64,000 bases of DNA from Bacteroidales bacterium. Lineage in GTDB: Bacteria; Bacteroidota; Bacteroidia; Bacteroidales; VadinHA17. The notes beneath the pieces are model-generated. The model ran no database searches, was not told the origin of the DNA, and worked only from the letters and a program-made list of their open reading frames with translations. Below are positions 10,152-20,186 of the stretch, in pieces. Numbering within the stretch: position 1 is the stretch's first letter; each line of letters opens with the position of its first letter. The stretch lies in NCBI GenBank assembly GCA_016715075.1, contig JADKBK010000024.1, positions 121 to 64,120 of the forward strand, read 5' to 3'. Position numbers and translations under genes: made by a program.

Positions 10152-12476
10152 ATGATAGCAACGTATCTTAAATTGTCTTACAGGAGTATGATCAGTAAAA
10201 AGTACAACTCATTTATTTCAGTTTTAGGACTTGGCATTGGTATTGCAACAGCAATGTTAGTCGGAGCTTATATTGTTAATGAAAATAGTTTTGATAAATT
10301 TCATCAAAACTACAACCGGCTATACCGGATAGTAAACAAAACATCAAATACAACCAAACTTGATAAAGAATTTGCCCCTGTCTTAGTTAATGACACGCCG
10401 GGTGTGGAAAAAACCTGCAGGATGAATATGTTTACTGCTATGCTTGGCAGTGAAGCGAGTCCTGTAAATATTGACAGGCTGGCTATAGCTGATTCTACTT
10501 TTTTCCAGGTTTTCAGCTTCCCATTACTAATAGGTTCGCCGGTTGAGGTACTGAATGGACCAAATAAAATAGTGCTTTCAAAATCACTGGCTGAAAAGTT
10601 GTTTCATAATACCTCAGCTCTGGGCAAACAGATTAGAATAGACATGAAGGAGTACTGCACAGTTACCGGAATAATGCAGGATAGCCCTGGAAATTCCAGT
10701 ATACAGCCTGATGCAGTTGTTTCACTATATACAAAGGATCTATCATATACAGGAGGGGATTACTGGAATAATAACGGACATTTTCATATAGAACTATTTC
10801 AGTATTATATCATATTACGGAATGAATCTGATACTCTGCATACTCTCGAATTCCTTCGTAACACCTACACTGAAAAGTGGGCAAAAGAGAACCCAAGTCT
10901 TGTACTTCAACCTTTCTCAACAATATATTCCACCACAGGAATAGATGAGGCGGGAAATTTCAAACACTCAAATAAGAATCTGTTTATTTTATTGCTCTCT
11001 ATTGGCATTATTGTGTTATTGCTGGCAATCATAAATACAATTAATATTTTGCTTTCGGAAAGTTTAGAAGAGACGAAACTGGTCTGTATCCTGAAATCTA
11101 CAGGAGCTGCAAAGCATAATATTGTATGGCAGGGCTTAAGTACTATTTTCCTCACACTGATTCTGGCTTTAGGCATAGCGCTATTCCTTGTGGACACAAT
11201 ATTGCCCTGGTTCAGTACAGAAGTTGACCGCCAGTTTAGCATAAAAACCTTTTTAAGTCTTCCCTACGTTTTATTTATGCTTGGAACCTTTATAGCACTA
11301 ATTATCAGCATCGGGCTTTATCCTTCGATACACTTTTCAAAAGTTAACCCGATAGATCTTTTCAGAAAAAGCGGATTTAAAAATATCTCTTTTATTGGTA
11401 TCTCAAGAGCTACCCTCGTATTTCAATTTATGGTTACAATAGCCTTGCTTGTATCGGTAATAACAATTGTAAAACAAACCAGATTTGTAAAACAGCATCA
11501 ATTGGGGTATAAACCGGATTATTTGCTGTTTATCCCTGTTCATTATACTTTCAGTAAACAGACGCTGACAATAAAACAGGAATTACTTAAGAATCCGTCC
11601 ATACTTCAGGCTACAGCATCATTTGGTGCACCGGGGAATATTTATTTAATAAGCGATAACCAGGTGAATGAAAAGAAAATGCGCTATTGGGAGATCAACT
11701 CCGATGAAGATTTCTTTTCAACGCTTGGTATAAAGCTAAAGGAAGGTCGATTCTTTTTAACGGGTGAAAAAGGGAGGGCATATATTGTGAATGAAGCGTT
11801 TTACAAAGAGGCAGGGTTTAAAGATCTTACGACGGCAACCTGCAGAACAATCCCGATAGTTGGAGTCGTGGAAGATTTCAATACAGAATCTTTACATAAC
11901 GAAATGCAGCCTGGAGCGATCTTTCTTACAGATGAAGATTTGGTATGTCTGAGCCTGAGAATTTCTTCGGAAAATGTAGATAAAACACTGGATTATATAA
12001 GAAAAGTCTGGATGAGCATATGCCCGGCTATCACTCTGAATTTTTCTTTCTACGACGACATGATCGAGCAGCAATATCAGCAGGAGAAAAGACTAACAGC
12101 CACGATTGGTGCGGCATCAGTAATAGCGATTTTTATCAGTTGCCTGGGGTTGTTAAGCATGATATTATTTGCTGTTAAACGCCGGACCAAGGAAATCGGG
12201 ATCCGAAAAATCAATGGAGCCAAAGTTTCTGAGGTGATGTTAATGCTGAATAATGAATTTATAAAATGGGTAATTATTTCTTTTGTAGTTACCACACCTG
12301 TTATCTATTATGCTATGCACAAATGGCTTCGGCATTTTGCCTATAAAACCGACTTAAGCTGGTGGATCTTCGCTTCAGCCGGACTGATGGCACTTTCTAT
12401 AGCATTATTAACAGTCAGCTGGCAGAGCTGGCGGGCAGCAACAAGGAATCCGGTGGAAGCATTGAGATATGAATAA
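10152..12476 (+). CDS. ABC transporter permease, double FtsX/MacB-like (paralog 1)
   Basis: ~800-aa architecture with an N-terminal TM, an extracytoplasmic MacB_PCD-like domain and two FtsX 4-TM modules. Conserved motifs RTKEIGIRKINGAK and the C-terminal WQSWRAATRNPVEALRYE. Confidence 0.9.
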   Translation: MIATYLKLSYRSMISKKYNSFISVLGLGIGIATAMLVGAYIVNENSFDKFHQNYNRLYRIVNKTSNTTKLDKEFAPVLVNDTPGVEKTCRMNMFTAMLGSEASPVNIDRLAIADSTFFQVFSFPLLIGSPVEVLNGPNKIVLSKSLAEKLFHNTSALGKQIRIDMKEYCTVTGIMQDSPGNSSIQPDAVVSLYTKDLSYTGGDYWNNNGHFHIELFQYYIILRNESDTLHTLEFLRNTYTEKWAKENPSLVLQPFSTIYSTTGIDEAGNFKHSNKNLFILLLSIGIIVLLLAIINTINILLSESLEETKLVCILKSTGAAKHNIVWQGLSTIFLTLILALGIALFLVDTILPWFSTEVDRQFSIKTFLSLPYVLFMLGTFIALIISIGLYPSIHFSKVNPIDLFRKSGFKNISFIGISRATLVFQFMVTIALLVSVITIVKQTRFVKQHQLGYKPDYLLFIPVHYTFSKQTLTIKQELLKNPSILQATASFGAPGNIYLISDNQVNEKKMRYWEINSDEDFFSTLGIKLKEGRFFLTGEKGRAYIVNEAFYKEAGFKDLTTATCRTIPIVGVVEDFNTESLHNEMQPGAIFLTDEDLVCLSLRISSENVDKTLDYIRKVWMSICPAITLNFSFYDDMIEQQYQQEKRLTATIGAASVIAIFISCLGLLSMILFAVKRRTKEIGIRKINGAKVSEVMLMLNNEFIKWVIISFVVTTPVIYYAMHKWLRHFAYKTDLSWWIFASAGLMALSIALLTVSWQSWRAATRNPVEALRYE

Positions 12477-12540
12477 TGCCTGTGGATAAATAATACATAT
12501 GACGAAGTAATGAGATTAGAACATAAACTGAATTTTTAAC

Positions 12541-14943
12541 ATGAACAAAAATCACTTGACCAGTTTAAAAGTGGCCTTCCGTTATTTTACAGCTGCCGAC
12601 CGGTATTCAATTCTGAACATAATCGGGTTGACCATCGGGATCTCTTTGTTTGTTCTGATGGTTATGCTGCTTTATTATGAACTCTCATTTGATGCTTTTC
12701 ATCCCAACAGAAAAAAGATTTTGCAGGTTTGTGAACATGATCTTAAATCAGGTGAATATTCAGCATACTCGGCAATCCCATTATCGCTTACTCTGAAAAA
12801 CGATTTCACTGAGGTAAAATACGTAACAGGAATTTGGAGGGTTCTAAGGGAAAACAATAAGGTTAATTATAAAAATGTTGAATATTCCGGATTTACAGGA
12901 GCTTCAATAGAACCTGATTTTTTTAATATTTTCAATTACAGGATTGTTCTTGGAAATGTAAGCACATTGTTAAAAGAACCTGATAAAATTGCTATATCAA
13001 AATCTCTGGCGTCAAAGATCTTTGGTAAGGCAGATCCTATTGGTGAAGTTGTTTCATTCTATAATTTTTCGTTTACTGTTTCGCATGTATTCAGTGATAT
13101 ACCTCAAAACTCATCAGTGCATTTTGATGTGCTATTCTCAGATAAAATAAGAGAAAAAATTAATCCTGATTTTAAAGTTGCATGGTGGAATAATGGGATG
13201 ATAACATACGTTATCCTGCAGGATGGAACTTCAGAAGAAGAATTCAACCAGCACCTGAAGGAGATTCCTTCACGCTATTATCCTGATTTTTTAAAAGGAC
13301 GTAGTACATATTTTACTGCTCCTTTCTATAAATCGCATTTTAACACCTCATTAACAGGGCAATCTGCCGTTTCCTATACATATATTATTCTTCTGGGTGG
13401 CATATCTTTCATTATACTTCTTATTGCATGTGTCAATTACATTAATCTTACACTGGCCCGGGCTTTTAAAATGAATATTGATGCAGGGATCCGACGTATT
13501 GCAGGTGCTGGTTCAGGACATATTATCTCGATTCAGATCTGGATTTCTCTTTTGACTGTATTTGCTGCGTTGCTTTTAACACTTCCACTGAGCAGTTTAT
13601 TTCTCCCACTGTTTGAGAAATTAGCTGAAAGGTCACTTGCAAGTCAGGAAAACAATCTTACCGTATGGGTATTTACGATAATCATTTCTCTTATTGTTGC
13701 GATCATTTCAGGATTTATACCAGGCTATACTTTTTCAAAAGTTGTCCCGGTGCAAATCATAAAAACCAAAGGTTCATATTCCAAAATCAATAAAGGAGTA
13801 CATAATGGGTTACTTGTTTTCCAGTTTTCACTTGCCATAGCGCTTATTATTGTACAATTTTTCATTACAAGACAAATAATATTTATGAAGAATGCCGATC
13901 TGGGATATGATATTGACAATCTGATTGCAATTGATCTAAGAGGTATTGATTTGAAACGGGAAGATAAATTCAGCAAAGCCAGGATTTACAATACCGAATT
14001 GGAAAGACAAGGAGTAAGTTTAGGTCTGGTAGCAGGAAGCATCACAGAAGATGTTCCTGGATTTTATTTTGAGAACTCATTTACTGTAAATCCTATTGAC
14101 GCTTCTATAGATGAATGTCTTATAGTGTCAACTGCTGTGGATGAAAATTTCATAAAGGTATTCGGAATGAGTATTGTTGAAGGGCGGTTTTTCTCAGATA
14201 AATATAGTACAGATAAAGAAGCGTTTATCATAAACGAAACTGCTATGAAGCAGATCGGATGGAAGAATATCGATGGCAAATTTTTAAAACTTGGTCACGA
14301 ATATTCAAAATGTCCTGTAGTTGGCGTAATGAAAGATATTCATCCTACCACTCTTAAGGAACCTATTCCTCCAATGCTATATCGTTTTGGCATTCAAAAT
14401 AATTTTCCTGCCTTCCTGACTCTAAGGGTACTGCCTCAGAATGAAAAACAATCTATTGACTTGATAAAAAAAATCTGGGCTTCAATATTTCCTGATACTC
14501 CATTTAGCTTTTTGAATGTCAGGGAAACCTATTACAAAAATTATGCTGAAGAACAACGGTTATCAAAAATAACCAGGATTTTTGCGGTGCTCGCTATTTT
14601 ACTCTCCCTGCTTGGCCTTTACGGCTTAATAACATTCTATTCAGAAAGAAGAGTAAAAGAGATTGGAATCCGGAAAATTAATGGCGCCAAAGTCTTTGAA
14701 ATACTGGCAATGCTCAACCTTGACTTTTTCAAATTGCTTGCAATTGCATTCATAGTTGCTTGTCCGGTTGCCTGGTACACCATGTTTAAATGGCTTGAAA
14801 ACTTTGCTTACAAATCCAGTCTGGCCTGGTGGATTTTTATGCTTGCCGGCTTAATTATTTCTGGCATTGCAATGTTAACAATGAGCTGGCAGAGCTGGCA
14901 GGCTGCAACAAGGAATCCGGTGGAGGCATTGAGGTATGAATAA
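12541..14943 (+). CDS. ABC transporter permease, double FtsX/MacB-like (paralog 2)
   Basis: Same architecture as paralog 1. Motifs RVKEIGIRKINGAK and WQSWQAATRNPVEALRYE. Confidence 0.9.
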   Translation: MNKNHLTSLKVAFRYFTAADRYSILNIIGLTIGISLFVLMVMLLYYELSFDAFHPNRKKILQVCEHDLKSGEYSAYSAIPLSLTLKNDFTEVKYVTGIWRVLRENNKVNYKNVEYSGFTGASIEPDFFNIFNYRIVLGNVSTLLKEPDKIAISKSLASKIFGKADPIGEVVSFYNFSFTVSHVFSDIPQNSSVHFDVLFSDKIREKINPDFKVAWWNNGMITYVILQDGTSEEEFNQHLKEIPSRYYPDFLKGRSTYFTAPFYKSHFNTSLTGQSAVSYTYIILLGGISFIILLIACVNYINLTLARAFKMNIDAGIRRIAGAGSGHIISIQIWISLLTVFAALLLTLPLSSLFLPLFEKLAERSLASQENNLTVWVFTIIISLIVAIISGFIPGYTFSKVVPVQIIKTKGSYSKINKGVHNGLLVFQFSLAIALIIVQFFITRQIIFMKNADLGYDIDNLIAIDLRGIDLKREDKFSKARIYNTELERQGVSLGLVAGSITEDVPGFYFENSFTVNPIDASIDECLIVSTAVDENFIKVFGMSIVEGRFFSDKYSTDKEAFIINETAMKQIGWKNIDGKFLKLGHEYSKCPVVGVMKDIHPTTLKEPIPPMLYRFGIQNNFPAFLTLRVLPQNEKQSIDLIKKIWASIFPDTPFSFLNVRETYYKNYAEEQRLSKITRIFAVLAILLSLLGLYGLITFYSERRVKEIGIRKINGAKVFEILAMLNLDFFKLLAIAFIVACPVAWYTMFKWLENFAYKSSLAWWIFMLAGLIISGIAMLTMSWQSWQAATRNPVEALRYE

Positions 14944-15022
14944 AATTGAACTGTGAATTATTCAATTGAATGCGACTATAACTATATAAGAAATATCATT
15001 TGCACAATAAAAAGATCAGAAT

Positions 15023-17421
15023 ATGTTCTTTTATTACCTAAAATTCGCTTTTCTAAATCTCAGAAGGCATAGATTATTTAGTCTTATTAATATTCTGGGA
15101 TTATCAATTGGGTTAACCAGCTGTCTGCTGGCATGCCTGTTCATACAGGACGAATTAAAATATGACAAACACTTCACTAATACAAAATCTGTATATCGAC
15201 TTGTAGGCAATAATTTTGACGGCCTAAATATCACTTACACTCAACCGGCTGTTCTCCTAACATTGCTATTGGAGAAATGTCCTGAAATTGAAAGTGGAAA
15301 CTGTATTATCAGGCAAGTCTTAAATATTGGTTATAACCAGAAACATTTTATTGAAAATAATTTTATCTATTCTGATTCAAACTTCTTTAAATTTTATGGT
15401 TGGAAATTGCTGACAGGAAATCCTGATAATGTTCTTAATGCCCCATCAACGGTTGTTATTTCAGCAAAGAAAGCAAGAGAACTATTTGGGAATGAGGACC
15501 CTGTCGGCAAACAGCTTACACTTGAACTTTCTCATGTACTTACTGTTACAGGTGTATTTAAAGATATTCCATCACAATCGCAAATAAAAGCTGATTTTAT
15601 TGCATCCAAATCAACACTTCAAACTTTTAGTCCTGAAGTGCTTACCATGTGGGGCAATTTTGGCTCATCATTAAGCCTGAAACCATTACCAGGTGTTAAT
15701 CTTCCGGATCTTATGGAAAAAGTTAGCCAACTATGGAATAACAATCCTCTAAATGAATGTTGCGGAGAGAAAGGTCCCAATGTTCATCTTAAACTTCAAC
15801 AGTTTAACGAGGTTTATTTCCAAACAATAACCATGAATGGAGAAAAGTTTGGTAACAGCATTTATATCATTGGTTTTTCAGTTATTGCAGGCATACTCCT
15901 GATTATTGCCCTTTTTAATTATATCAACCTTTCGATTGCACAAATTGCCAACCGCTTTTTAGAAGCCGGTGTAAAAAAGGTTGCAGGAGCAAGTTCAACA
16001 AATCTATATAAGCAACTGCTTATAGAAACATCAATGTATGTTTTTATAGCTATTTTTTTAAGTAACTTCCTTTTAGAGACAGTACTGCCAGGATTCAATT
16101 CTTTTACCGGGAAGAACATAGAATTCGCACTTTTCACAAATCCGTTCTTCTTAGTTTTTAACATAGCCATTTTTCTATTTACTACAATGTCGACCAGTTT
16201 ATATCCTGCTCTGTATTTTGCAAGGATACAACCATTAGCTGCAATAAATTCTGGTAAGTATTGTTTGTCCTCAACGTTGGGAAAAAGGAGTTACTTCTGG
16301 GATATAATGGTCACTACACAATTTGCATTGACTATATTTTTAATTGTTTCAGCATTAATGGTAAATAAACAATTGTACTTTATTCGAAATACTGATTCAG
16401 GCTTTGTTCGTGAAAATGTTATCAGTATTGAGAACGGGTGGAATAGCTCATTAGAAAAAAGATATCATTTGTATAAAGAAAAGATATTGAACCTACCTGA
16501 AGTAATAAAGGTTTCCTCTGGTTTAAATGTTCCTCCTGACCGGATTTGGAATTCCGGAGCTCCGAGAATGGTAAATAGTCCTTCTAAAAGTATAAATAAT
16601 TGTGGCTTTGTTTCTGTAGATTATGATTATTTCAAAGTGTTAGGCTGCAAAATTACCGAAGGAAGAGATTTTGACAAGAGCTTAAATACTGATGATAATA
16701 AATGTATTATTTCAGAGACTTTCAGGAGAAAAATGGGAGAAAAGGATCCTATTGGCATAGTACTGGATCAACTGTGGGAAGAGAAAAAGCGAGAAATCAT
16801 AGGAGTAGTAAATGATATTAATTTCAACACTCTGCACGACGAAATAAAACCTGAAATCTTCTTATTGCACCATAGTCTCCCTAGCCACTACCACATACTT
16901 GTCAAGTTTAAGACTGCAAATACGGCATCATTATTAATGAAGCTCGAAAAAATCTGGACAGAGATGGCTCCAGAAGAACCTTTTACTTATTTCTTCCTTG
17001 ATGAAAAATTCGAGAGCAATTACAGAAAGGAGATTCAGGTAGCTAAAATATTGAATATCCTTACAGGAGTGGCAATATTTTATGTTGTCTTGGATTATTT
17101 GGTTTAGCATGAGTTGTGGTAAATAACCGAACTAAATAAATCGGTATACGGAAGATAAACGGAGCATCTGTAATAAAGATCCTCTACCTTATTAACAAAC
17201 CATTTATTCAATGGATTACCATAGCTTACATAGTAGCTTGCCCGATGGCACTCTGGGTAATTCAAGGGTGGTTGCAGGATTTTGCTTATAAAACAAAAAT
17301 CAGTTGGTGGATTTTTGTTTTAGCTGGATTTATGTCTTTATGGATTGCTTTGTTAACAGCCAGTTACCAATCAATCAGGGCAGCAACGAGGAATCCGGTG
17401 GAGGCATTGAGGTATGAGTGA
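15023..17421 (+). pseudogene. double FtsX/MacB-like permease (paralog 3), disrupted by 1 frameshift and 2 in-frame stops
   Basis: ORF 15023..17107 ends prematurely. The conserved C-terminal module continues in another frame to 17421 (...NILCCLGLFGLA*VVVNNRTK*IGIRKINGASV...SYQSIRAATRNPVEALRYE*). T-run shift at 17078-17081, TGA at 17110-17112, TAA at 17137-17139. Confidence 0.85.
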
Positions 17422-17770
17422 TTTAGATTAAACAGGTCAACCCTGCGGGCCTGCCTGCAGAAACATCTTTCAATAATAATAATCGCATATTGACTGATTA
17501 ATCATAGATGGAACATTACCAATGATCACGATTTGCTTAGCATTTACGTAACAAATCCGTATAGCTTTTCAACCGTCTGGAGAAAGTATTGTTGTTGTGT
17601 TCAGGATAGAATCGGACGGCTCCGGACATTACTACCGGACTGTTTTATTCCAGCCCGATAAATCCAGTCGATTATATTACTGATTCATTTATTAAACAAT
17701 AAATTTAATTTATTTGATATATATTTTGATTTTATTAATATATATTTTATTTTTGTTAAAACCCTTTTAA

Positions 17771-18049
17771 ATGAATAAACGACTTCCACTCAAATGTCCG
17801 AGTTGTGAAAATCAATTGCAAGTGCAACAATTGCATTGTGAGAAATGTGAGACTGTAGTAACAGGGATATACTCATTACCGGTTATTTCACAGTTACCAA
17901 TAGAGGACCAAAGATTTATTCTCGATTTTGTAAAAGCCAGCGGCAGCTTAAAAATAACTGCTCAAAACATGAAACTCAGCTATCCTACGGTAAGGAATAT
18001 TCTTGATGATATTATTAACAGAATTAATCTTCTTGACACTAATGAATAA
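17771..18049 (+). CDS. DUF2089-family protein (zinc-ribbon plus HTH)
   Basis: CPSC..(N).. CEKC zinc ribbon followed by an HTH-like segment (FILDFVKASGSLKITAQNMKLSYPTVRNILDDI). Confidence 0.75.
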   Translation: MNKRLPLKCPSCENQLQVQQLHCEKCETVVTGIYSLPVISQLPIEDQRFILDFVKASGSLKITAQNMKLSYPTVRNILDDIINRINLLDTNE

Positions 18050-18578
18050 CCGGTTTTTGTATAATCCTTTTACCAAAATTGCCGGTATTAAATCCTTCAT
18101 CATAGGAATAGCCGGGTTAATAATAACCACATTTATATGCTTCATTACCGGGACTCATTTTAATGGTCTGCTGAATATTGATTTTGCAAAGGATTCTCCT
18201 TTTTGGGTATATCTGATTGAAAACCTTTCAAATTGGATTTTCATATCGATCTTTTTACATTTATCCGGACTGATTCTTTCGAAATCAAAAATAAGAGTGA
18301 TTGATACACTTGGCACCTCTCTCCTGGCAAGGATTCCTTTAATAATAGCCCCTTTGACAAGAACAATACCAATATTCCAAAGCTTTATAATCCAATCCTG
18401 GGAGATGTACTTTATTACAGGTCTGTATTTAGCCTCCCTTATCTGGACAATTATTCTGCTATTTAATGCTTTCAGGATTTCCTGTAACCTGAGATATGAG
18501 AAATTAATAATATCATTTATTATAAGCATGCTTCTATCAGAGGTTTGCACAAAATTGGCTCTCAAATTTTTAATATAA
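18042..18578 (+). CDS. multi-pass membrane protein (Yip1-like?), coupled to the DUF2089 gene
   Basis: The in-frame ATG at 18042 overlaps the DUF2089 stop (ATGAATAA). About 5 predicted TM helices. The 18003 start in the track would overlap the upstream gene by 47 nt. Confidence 0.6.
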   Translation: MNNRFLYNPFTKIAGIKSFIIGIAGLIITTFICFITGTHFNGLLNIDFAKDSPFWVYLIENLSNWIFISIFLHLSGLILSKSKIRVIDTLGTSLLARIPLIIAPLTRTIPIFQSFIIQSWEMYFITGLYLASLIWTIILLFNAFRISCNLRYEKLIISFIISMLLSEVCTKLALKFLI

Positions 18579-18593
18579 TTAAATCCATAAGTC

Positions 18594-19037
18594 ATGAAAT
18601 CACTTTCACTTGTTTTAGGAATATGCCTGATTGTTGCTTTTAACGCTTTCAGCCAGGACTTTAAGAAATTAAGTGACCCGGAAACAGATAAAAACAAACT
18701 CAAAATCGCACAGAATTTTGCCTCGGATTTCTTAACTAAGCTGAAAAATGGGGAGGAATATAAATTTAAGGATGAAGCTATTGACCCTATAAAAAACCAG
18801 TTTACGGCTGAAACCCAAAAATTAGTTTATCAACAATTAAAAACACAATTCGGAGATTTTCAATCACTTGAATATGCTGAGACCTGGATACAAAGTAACA
18901 GTAAAGCAATTACAATCTATCGGTTTAAAGGTGAATTTGACAAAAGCACTAAGAAACTGGAAATAAGAGTAGTGCTGAATGAAGCTGATAAAATTGCCGG
19001 ATTCTGGATAAAGCCATGGTCAGATATGTTAAAATAA
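18594..19037 (+). CDS. secreted DUF3887-like protein
   Basis: Signal peptide MKSLSLVLGICLIVAFNAFSQ. Size and pattern (..FGDF.S.EY......) resemble DUF3887. Assignment from memory. Confidence 0.55.
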   Translation: MKSLSLVLGICLIVAFNAFSQDFKKLSDPETDKNKLKIAQNFASDFLTKLKNGEEYKFKDEAIDPIKNQFTAETQKLVYQQLKTQFGDFQSLEYAETWIQSNSKAITIYRFKGEFDKSTKKLEIRVVLNEADKIAGFWIKPWSDMLK

Positions 19038-19169
19038 TGAGTAATGGCATATGAAAGCATGATCAACGCCTTTTGTATCAGGAGACAGAATAATAATTAC
19101 ACTTTTATTAAAGCAGAAAACAAGATAGTATTAATTACGCCTGGGGATTTGAGTATAATAGATAAAAGA

Positions 19170-19200
19170 GGGTGTCTCAAAAGGGCACCCGTCTGTTTTT
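19170..19200 (+). terminator. rho-independent terminator-like hairpin (possibly bidirectional)
   Basis: GGGTGTCT-caaaa-GGGCACCC stem (with G-T wobbles) followed by GTCTGTTTTT. An A-rich run lies upstream. Confidence 0.45.
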
Positions 19201-19370
19201 AGTTGATGTTCATTTGGCTTCGCCGAGCTCGCAGAAAGTAATGATGAGTAAAAAATTAATTAAGCGGTCTGCTCGGTTCTTTTGCTTCTCCAAAAGAGGG
19301 CCGAACGTTAAGAAATAGCATGAAAGGCTATTTTAGCGAGAAGCCAGCCTGCAGGGGTGGCAAAAGGAGC

Positions 19371-19458
19371 CCGGAAAAGACAACCTCATCCTTTTTGTCG
19401 GCCCGCTGCGCAGGCCTTTATACGCCACCAAAAAGGATGAGGTTCACACCTTTTCCGG
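19371..19458. repeat. 88-nt long imperfect inverted repeat (hairpin) of unknown function
   Basis: CCGGAAAAG (19371-79) pairs with CTTTTCCGG (19450-58). AACCTCATCCTTTTTG (19382-97) pairs with CAAAAAGGATGAGGTT (19429-44). The GC-rich loop contains the palindrome CTGCGCAG. Confidence 0.5.
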
Positions 19459-19785
19459 ATTGCCCTCGCACCGTCTAAAGAATTAGGTTATTACACCTAG
19501 TGAAAAGATGGGAGATGCCTCCCCTTACAAAAACTTCAGGTTATGTAACTACTGCAACTCACTTCCGGATATTTTAACGACATTCAAAGCGTAGAAGATA
19601 CCTGAGTTCTTGATTTCCTATGAAATGGTTGTGAAAATATAAACTTAGATCGGTGGCGAAATAGATTTCCCATCTCTGTATGGACTGTGATTCCTGTTTA
19701 ACATAATGCAGTCCCAGTGGTTGCACAAATCGATCTTAACAAAAACAAGGAAGCCACTATATATTAGCGGCTTAACCTTTTAATT

Positions 19786-19861
19786 TGGTGATCCCGGGGC
19801 GACTCGAACGCCCAACCAACAGAACCGGAATCTGTCATTCTATCCATTGAACTACGGGACC
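19786..19861 (-). tRNA. tRNA-Arg (anticodon CCG), CCA encoded
   Basis: The reverse complement folds as a cloverleaf: GGTCCCG TA GTTC AATGGATA GAAT G ACAGA TTCCGGT TCTGT TGGTT GGGCG TTCGAGT CGCCC CGGGATC A CCA. The anticodon loop TTCCGGT gives CCG. Confidence 0.9.
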
Positions 19862-20071
19862 AATTGCCATGCAAAAATATAACCAAAAGCCCGGTTTTAC
19901 AAGTAATTCTGAAAATTTAGCGGAACCACTCTCCTATTGCAGGAACGCATTTACGATATTTGCCAAAGTTTTTCTAATTTCGCAGACGCAATTTGGACGT
20001 ATAAAAAGTTGGAAAAACGATAAAGAAAGGTGAAGAAAACTTAGGAGTATGACTGTAAAATACTTTTTAAC

Positions 20072-20157
20072 CACAAAGGACGCAAAGGTTTCACAAAGGA
20101 CGCAAAGTCATATCTATTCCAAAAATTTCTTTGCGTACTTTGCGCAAATACTTTGTG
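20072..20157. repeat. CACAAAGGACGCAAAG tandem direct repeat with inverted CTTTGCG/CTTTGTG copies (REP/MITE-like hairpin)
   Basis: 16-nt unit at 20072-20087 and 20092-20107. Complementary CTTTGCG at 20129-35 and 20138-44, and CTTTGTG at 20151-57, giving three 7-bp helices. Confidence 0.6.
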
Positions 20158-20186
20158 ACCTACTATATAACTCTTTGCATTCATGG

